Shown: in pieces, positions 48,201 through 60,288 of the stretch
Numbering within the stretch: position 1 is the first letter of the stretch
How the letters are laid out: each line of letters begins with the position of its first letter
Assembly: GCA_002633005.1 (NCBI GenBank)
Contig: NMRA01000912.1
Coordinates: 37,629 to 101,628, forward strand
Reading direction: 5' to 3'
From: Phoronis australis
Lineage: Eukaryota > Animalia > Phoronida
Length of the DNA: 64,000 nt
Program-made: the position numbers and the translations under genes
The notes under the pieces: generated by a model
Told to the model about the DNA's origin: nothing
What the model saw: only the letters and a program-made list of their open reading frames with translations
Database searches by the model: none

Positions 48201-49385
48201 TATAGTAGGATAAACGGATGGTTGCAATCAAACGGTAGTGTGACTGAGCTTCCTACAAACCTTGGTCTTAACACGCTTTTATACAATAGTCACTGAACAA
48301 TACAAGAACGACAATGAGTTGTCTTTGTCTCTAGATTCCTCTTGAGTAAATTTGGTTTTAATGTCACACTGATTAATGTGTTTGAAGAACACGGTCTTTT
48401 CTGTGAACAACAAAAGTGTCATGAACACACCTCAACCTGACTCTAGGTGGAACTCCAACACGCTTTCCTCACAAAGTTTTCCTTATACTAGTTCACCATA
48501 TTAGGGGAAACAGGAGAGCCCTTACATGTAGTACACCCGTTGGACTGGACGTAGGTCTTCCCGTCGAATGAGAAGTATGTAGACTTAAGCATTAGATCTA
48601 GTAGCTGACAAATGCTGCCTTTGTCTACCTACAGATCGAGTGGTTCTGTCAAAGCGTTCTCTTACAACAGCGAAAGCGTCGTCGGGGTTAAACATGCAGG
48701 TGCACAGTGCTTCATTCACCTGTGTACAGTCCCCCGACGACACTTTGGCGGTTGTTGAGAACGAGTTGATGAATGTCTAACAGAAAATCCAATTTTGTGC
48801 ATGGTATCTCATGCTCCGATCCAGGCTGTGAGGAAAATCCAGGTTTATAGAGACAATGAAGTCTGGGCTTTCTGTTACCGAGAACACGTGATAGAGCGCT
48901 CAAGAGTATACCGTGCAGACTGTGCTTTCGATCACATGAAAAGTGACACGACACGTCACATGACACCTCCGTGGCCTGCCAAAGACCTCGGGATGAGGAC
49001 GCAGCATAGCCAACTCAAATCCGTAAGTCCAGTATTTGATTTATTTTCTATATATCATCTGTAAATGAATTATTGAACAAGTTGGGAGCAGTTTTGTAAT
49101 AGGAAGTGGTCTGAATAAAAAGTTTTTAGGCGGAAGACAGGTTTGTAGCAGCTTTCACTTTTCCTCGCTTTCATGGAGTACGTGGTGCAGTGATGCCATC
49201 TGAGAGATCAGAACTGACAAGGTGCACTAGTTTGTGCGGTTCGGCTTTACGTCAATATATCTTGTCTCAGAAATTCAGAGGGAAAGATTAAGAGTCACCA
49301 TAAGGTTACACTTACAGTCTCCTTTTGTTGGAAACACCGATGCTATGAGGACACCACATAAGAGGACAACAGCAGAGAATGCCAT
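38973..49385 (-). CDS. Uncharacterised type-I membrane protein A (signal peptide, CUB-like ectodomain, TM, Cys cluster, PY-rich tail), 303 aa
   Basis: complement join(49316-49385,45048-45191,43771-43889,40771-40921,39512-39682,38973-39229); GT-AG introns, phases 1,1,0,1,1; MAFSAVVLLCGVLIASVFPTKG signal; VEIRDGSTSYSNLL; TM AIIGIAIGGLVGLALLIGVPICICFCC; NAPPSYP. Confidence 0.85.
39512..39682 (-). CDS. Membrane protein A exon 5 (TM + CxCxCC)
   Basis: 171 nt, symmetric phase 1. Confidence 0.9.
40771..40921 (-). CDS. Membrane protein A exon 4
   Basis: VTLYQGRTYYGTFYTTQPYVYIVVDRSSCSTRSCREGLNVDLKISNHGGV; paralogue 57405-57552. Confidence 0.87.
42511..43360. mobile_element. Non-autonomous TIR element with 5-bp TSD
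   Basis: ttaat|CATAGGCGGATTTAGG..CCTAGATCCGCCACTG|ttaat. Confidence 0.8.
43052..43123 (+). pseudogene. tRNA-like sequence (tRNA pseudogene / SINE head) inside the TIR element
   Basis: A-box TGGTGTAGTTG, B-box GTTCGAGTC, TCGTG/CACGA stem, followed by T-run; anticodon arm degenerate. Confidence 0.5.
43771..43889 (-). CDS. Membrane protein A exon 3
   Basis: 119 nt, DRDFTYESRKLKIEVLKADFDNNLLKVEIRDGSTSYSNLL; paralogue 58363-58481. Confidence 0.87.
43954..44260. mobile_element. Shorter member of the same 5-bp-TSD family
   Basis: ttgtg|CATAGGCGGACTTAGG..CCTAGATCCGCCACTG|ttgtg. Confidence 0.8.
45048..45191 (-). CDS. Membrane protein A exon 2
   Basis: 144 nt, NLDSVSQC..SRCAIKLYA; same size and phase as paralogue exon 59421-59564. 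Confidence 0.85.
46371..46813. mobile_element. TTAA-flanked Kolobok-type MITE nested in another MITE
   Basis: ttaa|AGATGCTATGCCTCATT..AATGAGACATAGCATCT|ttaa. Confidence 0.8.
47270..49058 (-). mobile_element. Decayed Penelope-like retroelement with inverted partial copy
   Basis: minus strand RT LLDLMLKSTYFSFDGKTYVQ..GSPVSP (~48500-48620); TLPFVPGISDRIK..SVSFKP and ETKQALKSR..GIKEAIY (linker/GIY-YIG); 48720-49058 is an inverted deleted copy. Confidence 0.85.
47963..48109. mobile_element. Tandem pair of tiny CATGGGCGGCGCA-ended MITEs inserted in the Penelope relic
   Basis: CATGGGCGGC..GCGCCGCCCATG; related pair at 47071-47200. Confidence 0.65.
49316..49385 (-). CDS. Membrane protein A exon 1 (signal peptide)
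   Basis: ATG, hydrophobic stretch, T|gtaagt phase 1. Confidence 0.7.
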
Positions 49386-50050
49386 CCTTAGTTAGGTACG
49401 TTCCGTCTGGTGTTGTATTGCCGCAAACTCTAAAAATAAATGGAAAGTCACGTGATAATGAAGCAACAGTGGTTTCAGGCTCCAAATCCGTCGCCTGTTA
49501 AAATACAACATTTAGTTTAGGCTATTAAAGAAGCCAATTAAACTGGTCTCACTCTGCACTACAATGCTTCCTGGTCTCACATAATAACAAACTGATTGTC
49601 CTCAAAAACCCAGAACTGTATTACGTCTTATTTGAGTATGGAACAAATTGTAACCAGTTTTGTCACGGCAGTCACAGATAGGAAGCTAAACTAAAAGGTA
49701 TGTCTTTAACAAAAGGTGCCGGATTAAATGCTTAGGAAATGTTTAAGCCGGCAAGGTAGCAGCACCTTGTTGTCACTCGTCTCGGCACCTATATTGTAAA
49801 ATTGAAAAAGATGTAGCGACTGGACGACTCAGTTGTAAATTCTGGCGACCGACTATTCGGGACACCATGGAGACGGGGGGTATCTTGAGAATTATGGTGA
49901 ACGAATTTTGACGACCACCGACAGCTTATTAAATGCACGGTGATTGTTATACCTTAAGGACCCTAGAAATAATTTGTCCTGAGGGCCGGTGTAGTGAATA
50001 ACCACACACAAAGCGATGATCGTTTTGAAAATCACATTCGGATTCATTTT

Positions 50051-51577
50051 CCCTTATGAAAAAGAATTGAGAATCTCACAGAATTCCAGTGAGATTCCAG
50101 TTAGATTTTCACTAAATAACCCATGATAGTTAGAAATGCGAGTGATAACCCAGTAGGAATTGAACACCTGGGGCAGTCAGTGAGAAAATAGTGAGAAAAT
50201 GTTATGTAAGAGTGAGAGTCCAGTGAGAATTTGGTTTTACGAAAATTGTGAGTAAGAATCCAATGAGAATTTCAGATTTAAAAAATTTCTTGAGTAAGAA
50301 TTGAATGAAAATTTGGACTAGCAAAACTTGGTGTTATGGATGATTTGCAGGTTAGTTTGTTCTCAGTGTATTTTGTATGTGATGTTTTTTTTGCTTTGCT
50401 TAGCCTTAGTTTTCTGTCTTGCCGCTAGGGCCTTTCTAGCCTATTGTTTCACTGCTCGCCCCAGGGACTGCCGCGTCGCTTCATTTGAAGCGTCTAGTCG
50501 CTTGCTATTGTCGTGTGTCCAGTGAGTGTTTTCGTTCTTTATTTGCATCATTTGCTTGTTTTGGACGCAGTTCGTACATTTTTCTTAGTTTGCAGTTTTG
50601 TGTATGATTTGTCTCAATGGTCTGCTTTTTCTGTGTGTCTTGTGTTGGCTACACCCCGTGTCAGCCATTTTGTTAATTTTGTGTTTCTTGTTCTTTGCAG
50701 ACAAGATTCGAACAAGTTTTGTATGGTATTCAGTGGTTTGCAGACTTTATATTCGCTGTGTTCATGGGCCACATTTGGGCCACGGAACAAAGAATAAAGA
50801 TTACTAAACAATTACAATATTTCGTATTATCACACAGCAACAATTGGAGTAAGAATTCAGAGAGAATTTAAGATAAACAATCAAGCTCATTGGCTGTGGA
50901 AATTTCAGAATTCAAACTAAAATGGCGCCAGGAATGAACAGTTGATATGAAGTAGAAAAATAGCTTGAAGATTGTCGACATTTTTCTCACAAATGTTGTG
51001 ACTTATTGAACTCTTGTCTGCAAGTCAACCAGAGGGGATTCCTGGACTGAAGTTGTGTTACTATTTACTGAACTTAAGGTTGGTACATTCCATACATCTA
51101 GTAGAGTGCATGAAGCACCAGAATTAGACTGATGTCTTCAGTTTGTGTTGGCAGCTGAGTTTTTTGTATTTTGTTGATTCACCAAAACCATTGAAATTGT
51201 TAGTTTAAGTCTGCTGTATTTCACAATTTGCAATTAAGTTATAAGTTTAGTCAAATTTCAAGATGAACTAACAAAAATAAGCAGCGTTTTGGTTACCAAT
51301 AAAGCTTTGAACTCTCATCTATTCAGTCAATGGCTATATACCGGTAAAGTGCACACACAAATTATTCTAAGTTCAAAATTCTCACCCAGTGAGATTTGCA
51401 CTCCATGAGTGAGATTTTCAGTAAGATGAATTCTCACTGCATTCTCTTTGGACTATTACTGTATTTTCACTACAGTGATTTGAATGGCATCTTAATTAGT
51501 TGGATTATTGGAATCTCACTGGATTCTCCGCACTGACTTTCAGGATGAGAATTTACACTTAATTTTTTTCATAAGGG
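50051..51577. mobile_element. CMC/EnSpm-like non-autonomous element
   Basis: CCCTTATGAAAAA..TTTTTCATAAGGG TIR, T-rich flanks, many subterminal AGTGAGA(A/T)T / TCTCACT repeats at both ends. Confidence 0.7.
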
Positions 51578-54516
51578 TTTTCACACCTCAATTTTTCGTG
51601 GACGAAGCAAGATCAAAAGACATGACTTCGTTGAAATTCTTTATCCTTGAGAACCCCGTAGCCAGCGCGCTTTCTGCCAATCATGCGTACTTCAGGAGTC
51701 TTTTCAGAAAGCGAGAGCAACAATAAAGGGCGTTTGTTGAAAGTAGGATAACGATTTTGTCACACTAAATGTTTCACACCGAGTACACTGTCTACGGTGC
51801 TCATCTTCATATTTAATTCATAACCCTGCATGCAGGTGTCTGCGATGACGATTCGATCAACGCAACTATCAGTACTCTAGTGCATTGTACTATAGCCCAT
51901 GATGTCATCTCTGACAACATGATGTCGTAGATGATGACATCTATGACACACCTTTGTAGCAATGTCGTATCTCTCGGTTTTGTCGACGAGGATACTGACT
52001 TGTACTCATTCAGTTTCGTAATAAAAACGACAGAAAAAGATTTTTTGCCGGATACGTCATTTATTGAGGAAAGGTTTAAAGTCCCTGAAGCTCCGTAGAC
52101 CCGACGCTGCTAACAGCTAGGTGTACATGCAGTACATGTATGTGCAGGTCGGATTCGCCTCTTACCTTAAAGGACTATGATACCTCCTTCTTCGCACGTT
52201 TCCTTTAGCTTATGTATAGACTGCAATAAAACTGACTCACGGCTTAACTGTTCTGTGTACTTAAATAAATACTAGGTCACTATATAGCACAGTCAAGTGC
52301 GTCAGCACAAAATTCAGTCCAAAATGAGGTCACGTAGAAGTCTACTGTACACAACAATGCTTGTTGCAAGCCCCATCTTTCGGTTGGTTTGCAAACTTTA
52401 AATAATGTTTCGAGCGCGGTGAAATCAACTACATACCGATTCGCACACAGTCCAGTGTGGAATATATTGGCCTAATCTTGTGACGGTAACAAAGCCCGGT
52501 CCTAAAATTAAACAAGTTGGCTGGTGTTGTTGTCTTTGGTTACACTGTAAGTTGAATGGAGCAATTTGGTTAGGGTTAATGCCTCAGTCTTCATTTCTGT
52601 TTTGTCTGGCTTGGAGACGACCATTTTTGAGTCGTCGATGTAGCGGACAGCAATATAAATTGAATTATTGTTTCCATACCAACAGGGTCAGTGGTAATCT
52701 TAGTAGAAAACACATTTTCCTGCCAAAACTCGCTCGCAAAGATTTAGCCAAGAAATTATAGTGCGTGGCAGCCTAATAGAAATCACCCACTACCAGCAGT
52801 TACCTGTAAATTCTCAGAGATTTTACGCCTTTCCTTATGAGAAATTCGATTATTTTTTAGATAGAGTTGTGCGGAGCGTAAAACTAAATTTCAGCTTTAA
52901 GTCTTTTAAAAGCCACTTTTCATGAAACACACCGGCTTCGGTTGTTAACGAATATCGAAATAAATAGCAGGTGACGCTGTCGTCATCGAAGTTATCGTAA
53001 GGAACCGCTGTTGCGTCGCATGCACGCATGCTCGCTTGGATTTTTTCAATGTAAAAATTTCAGAAAATTTATACGTGTTAATTCATGACATAAAACTTAT
53101 TTCTAATTCGATGGGTGATTATTAGAGCAAAATAAAAGCATTTATTAGCTGCGACACTACACTTTAGTTGTTGTCGATAACAGTGGCCTCTGGCGATAAC
53201 TTCGATGGGAGCGAAGCAGACACTTCATACCGCACTGCAGCGTCGACACTCCGCTGTTAAATCCACCTGTTTACTGCTAAGTTAACTGGCACTGTAAACT
53301 TCGACCCAGAACCGAAGTTAATCGTTCATACTGACCGCAACTTCCCAAACATCGACGCGTCGACGTTAGTATCAAAAGCTTTACAAAACTCAAACTTCAC
53401 TCTAACACGTCTTGTAGAAAACGCCCTTAAAGGCGGGGCTACGAGTTCGCCTGTATCATGAAGTGACTAGCTTGCACTGAAGCTGTGCAAATTAATTCCC
53501 AATCTTTATAATTAATCCCATTCTCCAATAGACTATTCGCACGTGCTCTTCACAATTGCGTATTCACGCCAGAAGACATACAAAATAACAAAGCAACCAT
53601 AACTGGAAACACAAACTACTAGGAAACGACAAAATGAATCCCGTAACTCTAGAATACCCATCTTTTGTTCTACACTTTGCCAGGCCTTTTTTCTTTCTTT
53701 TATGTAGAATTCGCTCACACAGTCTAGGCAGACATTTTTAAATACTGCATACTGGCTGAGAGTTTATTTGAAAACCAGCATAGGCTGCGCAAAGTGCAAC
53801 GGCATGTCGTCTGTTCATTTATCGCCCACCATGAATTCCAAAGAAATGCTACGAAATTGTTCGTGTCAGGATAAACCTGAAACCAACAGTTTTTCGGTGC
53901 TCGTTTGATGGAAATGTATTAATATTTATTCAATTCTAATGTCGAATACACATTGCAATTGATAAATGAATATCAATTCTTGAGAAAAACATTAATATAT
54001 CCACAATGGAGCGCCATAATCTAACGACAATAGAGTAGAAATATATATTACCCGTTGAACAAAACGTTTATTTATAAATATAAATTCAGTAACGCGTTCA
54101 CCTTGTAATGACACGTGATAATCAAGCCGCAGACTGTAATGATCAAACAAATACATTGGTTTTAAAACGTAATAAACCTGAGATTATGTATCAGCAATAT
54201 GTGCAAATTTTAACCACTAATACAATATCCTCTTTTTAAAATTCCATGTAATTCACAAATAATTGATGTTTTGCACCAAAATCGTATGAAATTCCCAAAG
54301 CATTTTGCATAACAAAGTACAGAAAATACTACATCCTAGAATAGCCTAAAGCACTCCAGAGGGCGTCACAGCCGGACCATACAGTACAAATAACCTACGA
54401 ATCTTGTGTAACATTTTCCTTCCCCTCTCCCAATACAAATCCTTGAAATTTAATTTTTCTAAGCCAATATTTGCTAACAAAAATGACAGAGCAGTGTATG
54501 TGTTAAACTTCAATGC

Positions 54517-54805
54517 AGGGGTTCGTTTCATGAAAACTGACTCTAGATTTTAATGTCATAAATATGGTCTTAGGCTCCACATAACTACATCTGAAAAATA
54601 TTTAAATCGTATTTGAGCTAATATTTAAATTGAGAATATACACATAACTGCTCAATGTTAAGATACTATCGATAAATTATTTATAGACTGTGATTTTTTA
54701 CATTTCACATGTACTTGGTTAAGCTTTTATTCAGCAATTGAGATGTGGTAGCACAAGACTCAATTTCTGTCTCAAGTCTTATGTCACTTTTCACATAACA
54801 GCCCC
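54517..54805. mobile_element. Abundant MITE family (GGGG..GTTTCATGAAAA..GACTTAAGAC ends)
   Basis: related copies at ~2683-3330, 16752-17150, 45555-45830, 46147-46835, 52800-52935. Confidence 0.6.
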
Positions 54806-55422
54806 TTGGTATTTTTCAACACATTGACCAGTGATTTTGAGGTGTATGCATGACCCAATAAAATTGCACACATATATCAGGAATGATGGATGAGATTTTT
54901 ATGAAACTTTCAGATACCGTGTTCCTCAAAAACGCTACTACTAATTGTTTTTAGAATGTTTCACTTTTGCACGAGAGGCTATAAAATAGGACTTTTCTTC
55001 ATTTTTTTGAAAAAATTAAAAGTTGCATAAAACAGAAATGAAATGATAACTTTGAAAACTGTAACAGCATTTTTCAGGTTTCATAATGGATATTTCTATC
55101 AAATCGAAATTCCGTCACGTAACTGACACCGTCGTTTTATTATGTTTTTTCATTTTGCAAAGAAATCTTTGACTTCGTTCTGTTCACATCGACGTTGTTT
55201 TGATTTCAAGAAAGGATAGTAGCATCAAACCTTAAACGGCTGAAAAACTCCTCCCATCTTTTTGAAAGAGGTGACGATACATGTAAAGGTGCTAAGATGT
55301 TTGTATCAACCCATCTAATGCAACTGTAGGTTTTACGCGTACAGAAGGTATACATTATGGTTGAATATTGATTTCGTACCGGAGACTGTTTCAATAGAAT
55401 CATTCTGCATCTGTAGCTGCTA

Positions 55423-55628
55423 CTACTGCGGCTGCTGCTGCAGCTCCATCTGTGGGTATTCATTGGCCTGCTGCTGATGGTATTGACTAGCAACTGGATA
55501 CGAAGGGGGAGCACCCGCTTGATACACTTGTAGATTGTAATCAGGTTGCGGCTGATACGGAGTAACAATTGCGCCTTGAACAATGTATTGCTGTTGAGGA
55601 TACGCGAGAGCCGGGTTGACATTGGAAG
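55423..55628 (-). CDS. Membrane protein B exon 6 (P/Q/Y tail)
   Basis: ASNVNPALAYP..APPSYP..QQQPQ*. Confidence 0.85.
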
Positions 55629-58600
55629 CTGAAAAGAGGCAGTTCATAAAGAGAGGTCTTCCACAATACAGATACATTATCATATATTTGATGGAAAACA
55701 AACCCAAGCTTCGTCATTTAAGGATTTCTCAAACCACGTTTATAAAAATTGGCCGTTTTTACAATATTTCACATATTTCTAGCAAAATACATTATCTTCA
55801 ATCTCGGAGAACTTCAAATACGAAATATATACCTAGTAGTGAGAATAAGATTGACCAGAACCACTTTGGAACCGCACAACGGCGTCTAAAATAAGAAAAA
55901 AATGCAATTCGCCTGGTCAACTTCGTTTATCGGTACAAGCGACAACCAGAAAGACGCTTTTGTGCTCTCACAACGCTGAAGAGTTGTATGCGATGGAATG
56001 ATTACCCGTTTTCTCCTTACAAGTCCCACACACACTACATAGCTCTTTTCCACTGGGTCACCAATACATCCTACATTAACTATGTGACGAATATGGTGTG
56101 TGGTCTTAAACCAGCAGCATAATCAGGCAACCACGGCCACAGACCACACACACCATGTCAACAGTCTAACTATGAACACTGGTTTACCTGTTGTAGTTGT
56201 TACCATGGGTGTATTTGTTCTTTGTTGCCGTCTAGAGGCTGCAGCGAAACAGCAAAAACATACACAAATTGGAACGCCAACCAAAAGCATGAGACCCACA
56301 CACCCACCAATAGCAATACCGACTATGGCAGCGGTCGACAGTTCGTAATAGGTACGCACTGAAATAAAGAAAATAACAACTTTTCAGAACAAAGCGAGAA
56401 GTGGGCAACTCAGCAACTGATTAATATAGGACATCGGAGAGTAATGACAAGGGGTCTCACACACCACTCTGCATCTCTTCTCTGCATCAATTTAATCCTT
56501 GGATGTAACAATAAACTGACCAAAGTCAGCTGGGGTTTCATAACTGTAATTTTTTTAGAAAATGTGACATTGAAACAGGATGCGCTAGATGTACAGTAGG
56601 AGATGAGAGAACCCGACATTTTCACTTATGTAAAATCACCAGTCGGGTTTTGGTGCCATTTTAAAATATTCCAAACGGGCCTATAATAATGGAAGACTTT
56701 CAAACAGCAACGTGGAGATTGATCACGAAGGGCCGGATATTAGTGGCCACCAGAGGACGAGGGGAATTTCACTTTTGTTTGAAACTCATCACGCCGAATC
56801 ACTCGAATCACATACCCTGGAAAGAGTATTTTTACGAAATCCAACACGCTCCCTTTGGCCACCCGCTGCGAAGAAGAAATACCTTCCGGTACAGCCAGGT
56901 CACCGGTGCCGCGTGACCATACCCTCTGACACAGCGCCACTTATACCGAAAAGTGGCCCTGTGGAAACATGATGAACGACACACACGGATTTCCGTGTGT
57001 GAGCATCAATGCGCAAGCTTGGTCGGAAGTTTACCGATCACATCGCCACTACTTATACACCTTCTAGCGGCACTGTACTTGTTTGGGCTTAAGCCACTGG
57101 ATCGGGGTTTCCTTGATTATGTTTACTTCGATCACTGCCTGTTTTAATAAATTGCAACTATTCAAGTCAAAGGTCGGTGCCGTGCTATATGTAACAGAAA
57201 GTTGTGTCCCAGATTTCAACCAATGGAAACGACTGAATGTTATGACGTTGGTTTCATTACTTTAACCAATGAGATGTCATGTTAAACAACATTCCACTGT
57301 GCAACCTTTCGTAGCACTTTGAAAGAGCTGTTGCGTGATCAGTGCTCCCTTGCTCCCTGATGGCTTCCCACTCACACACAAATCACGGTTTGCAATGCAC
57401 TTACAGACACCGGCATGGTTGGATATTCTGAGGTCAACGTCCAGTCCTTCGCGACAACTCTGTGACGAGCACGAAATTTTGTCCACTACGATGTACACAT
57501 ACGGCTGAGTGCTGTTATACGTGCCATAGGCATTGCCTTGGTGAAGTGTTACCTGAAATGAAGGCGCAGCTTGGAATTTTGGCAGGTGCAAGAGGTGCGA
57601 GCGGCCGCCTAATTTATTGTGCACATGGGTCGAGAAGGGTAGTGAGGCAAGGCGACAACTACATATAGCTTATAATTTTGAGTGTGAAATTCAATGAAGA
57701 AATTTAGGAGAATGTTGGCATTTCGCTTACCAAGTGACCGAACATTCTTGCCTGTTGCATCCTTTGGTTTCTTACAGTACGTGTAGGTTGACAACTAAGC
57801 TCAATGAATTCTACAGTTGAGCATTTCAAAGATTACTCCACGCAATCGATTTAAGTCCAACCTTTAAATATTTTATTTGTACCCATGGTGGACCTTTTAT
57901 CCCTATACTAGACAATTCCGACCAACGGTGAGTTAGTTAACATAGGCACGGTTGCAAAGACCCACGAACATACACTGTAAGCAGTGCGGAAGTCCATTTC
58001 AAGTATTCTACACCAACAGATGAGTTTTCGATTAAATTAAATTTTACCAAAGCTTTTGCCATATAGAGCCGCATTATCAAAATGGGTGTTAAGAAAGCAA
58101 CGTCTGTTGCACGCAGTGATATTTCCACGTGCACCACCATTCATAAGTTACGCGAGTCCATTGCCACACCAAATTTAATTCATGCGTGTGTCTGATGAGA
58201 CACCGTTAGTTTTTCGGAGTGTACTTTTATGTCCGGCGACAGATGAATTGGTGATGATCATTTTTACGGACTGATTTAATAAATGGGTTAATTACGTAGC
58301 ACAAGTTTTTTGGTATGTTACAAGTGAATTAAAAATCCACTTAAAAGTTGAGACTTACTCACCAGTATTGGCGAAGCAGAGGTAGATCCGTCGTGAATTT
58401 CAACTTTTATCAAGTTGTTGTCAAAAGTTGCCTCCACGACGTCTATTTTCAGCCTTCTCGTTTCATCTGTGAAATCTACGTCTGTAATATGCGACGCAAA
58501 ATTCAGAAAACAAAATCCTGTTAAAACCTAATTATCTAAATGCATTTATGTCCAAATTGTTTCATGGGAGTTTATCTGAAAGACAAGAACATGAAACAGA

Positions 58601-60288
58601 GGGGTGGGGGGGGGGGGGGTACATNTGCACTTCTAATATATGTAAATTCCGTCCCAACGAGTGGTTAGGAAAACAGTAACTTTGTAGAAAGTCAACTAGT
58701 CCATCTGCTTGGAATACAGGAGAGAACGTTGACATACAATTGTCTGGTAAGTGTATAAATTGCAATGGCACAGCGGTGACAAGGTTCATCGTAAAAGACG
58801 CTAAGAACGCTCCAAATAATTCTTGATTCAGGTGCTGATACCATTTGGGAGTTCGGGTGCAAATTGCTGACTAGCACACGCGCGCAACCAAGGGATGAAT
58901 AAACAATGCAAACAATGCATAGGCCCTAGACAAACCCCGTTTACCGTTTTTTAAGTCAAATGCTGGTTATTGCTGTGCCCCGGCCCGCCCTAACTCAAAA
59001 TCCTGGATCCGCCCCTGAGATGATTCACCAAACAGAGGTCTTGCGGGTACAGCCGCACGGAAAAGGCGAGAAAATCCGGGATAGCAACTCCGTTGTTTTC
59101 AATAGAAAAGGAGAGTTGCGTTTTAGGTAACGTACATTTTTGTTAGGGTACATCCGATTAAATCAAATATAATTCAAAATCCGTTTCAGCTTTCCAATCC
59201 TCTCCGGTCAATCACATTCCTTAAGACAAGCGGATGTGCATAGCATCCGAGTAATTTGTGCACGTCCCTATAACGTTTTGTGGACCCCCAAATTGGCAAT
59301 AACGAAGGTGGGTCAACTATTATCGCAGCAGAAAAATTAGCCTAACCTTTAAAGTTATTGTCATCTTATGAGATATTCAATCATACAGTGACTGAATTTA
59401 ATCGTTTAAAAGTTATGTACCTGCGTACAACTGTATTTCGCAACGACTTAATGACGAAATGGACAGTGAGTGGTCTCTTCCCAGTTTGACACGGGCTTTT
59501 TCCCAGTCGTAAACTTGGTCATTAGACGGCGAGGACGAACAACTGCTTACGGAGTCGAGCTTATCTGCAAAAGTAATAAATCACCAAAGAAAACAGTTGA
59601 TTGATCTAACACACATCTAGCGTAAATATCCGTTTCCGAAGTGGAGATAATCTTCCACAAAATTGGGGGACAGGAGTGGCGTTGCTGTCGCAAATAAAGG
59701 AACAGATGCATGTACAGGCCAATATACTTCTTAAGTAGTCGGGATAATAGATTGCCTTACCATACACAATGCCAGGTAACTACAAACACAATCCAAGCTA
59801 ATGCAAATACCATCCATGCCTCAACTATTATCTCCGGTCGCTTAATTCGTGGCGATTTGCCAACCAACACGATAACGGGAACATTCATTCCATGGTACCG
59901 TTCTTGATTGCTCTTAAGCAAGTGTAACAGCTCATTTCAGACACCTTTCCTGTTATATTGACATGACTCGCAATTTTTATCGACCAACACCGCCACATTT
60001 TCAAGTGCTTCCTCACGAACAGCACGAGATTTCTTATTTACAGCGTCATACTTCTGACACAGTTGTTTCACGACCTGTCAACTTCATTTTCACCGACCAC
60101 AGTTTCTTTCTCGAGTCTTTTTTGTTATGAACAGCATTCTTTTCTCATGTGAACATGCAGTTAGTGAGAACGCCCGTGCGCTCCGGGAAGAAAAAACCAC
60201 CAGCCACCCAGCTGTAGCGATACTCACGGTAAATTGCACACACTCCTGTAGTCAGCGATAGAAAGATGGCGGCGACAAGGACCTTCAT
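55423..60288 (-). CDS. Uncharacterised type-I membrane protein B, paralogue of A, 282 aa
   Basis: complement join(60228-60288,59421-59564,58363-58481,57405-57552,56188-56358,55423-55628); same phases as A; MKVLVAAIFLSLTTGVCA signal; VEIHDGSTSASPIL; CVCFCC; GAPPSYP. Confidence 0.85.
56188..56358 (-). CDS. Membrane protein B exon 5 (TM + Cys cluster)
   Basis: 171 nt, AIVGIAIGGCVGLMLLVGVPICVCFCC. Confidence 0.9.
57405..57552 (-). CDS. Membrane protein B exon 4
   Basis: VTLHQGNAYGTYNSTQPYVYIVVDKISCSSQSCREGLDVDLRISNHAGV. Confidence 0.87.
58363..58481 (-). CDS. Membrane protein B exon 3
   Basis: DVDFTDETRRLKIDVVEATFDNNLIKVEIHDGSTSASPIL, 119 nt. Confidence 0.87.
58820..59017 (-). mobile_element. 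CAGGGGCGGATCC-family MITE, truncated
   Basis: ends cctggatccgcccctg; internal match to 62349-62640. Confidence 0.7.
59421..59564 (-). CDS. Membrane protein B exon 2
   Basis: KLDSVSSC..SRCEIQLYA, 144 nt. Confidence 0.85.
60228..60288 (-). CDS. Membrane protein B exon 1 (signal peptide)
   Basis: MKVLVAAIFLSLTTGVCAIY, C|gtgagt phase 1. Confidence 0.75.

Noticed and set aside
50328-50811. Hydrophobic Cys/Phe/Val-rich ORFs
   Set aside because: TG-rich low-complexity interior of a non-autonomous transposon
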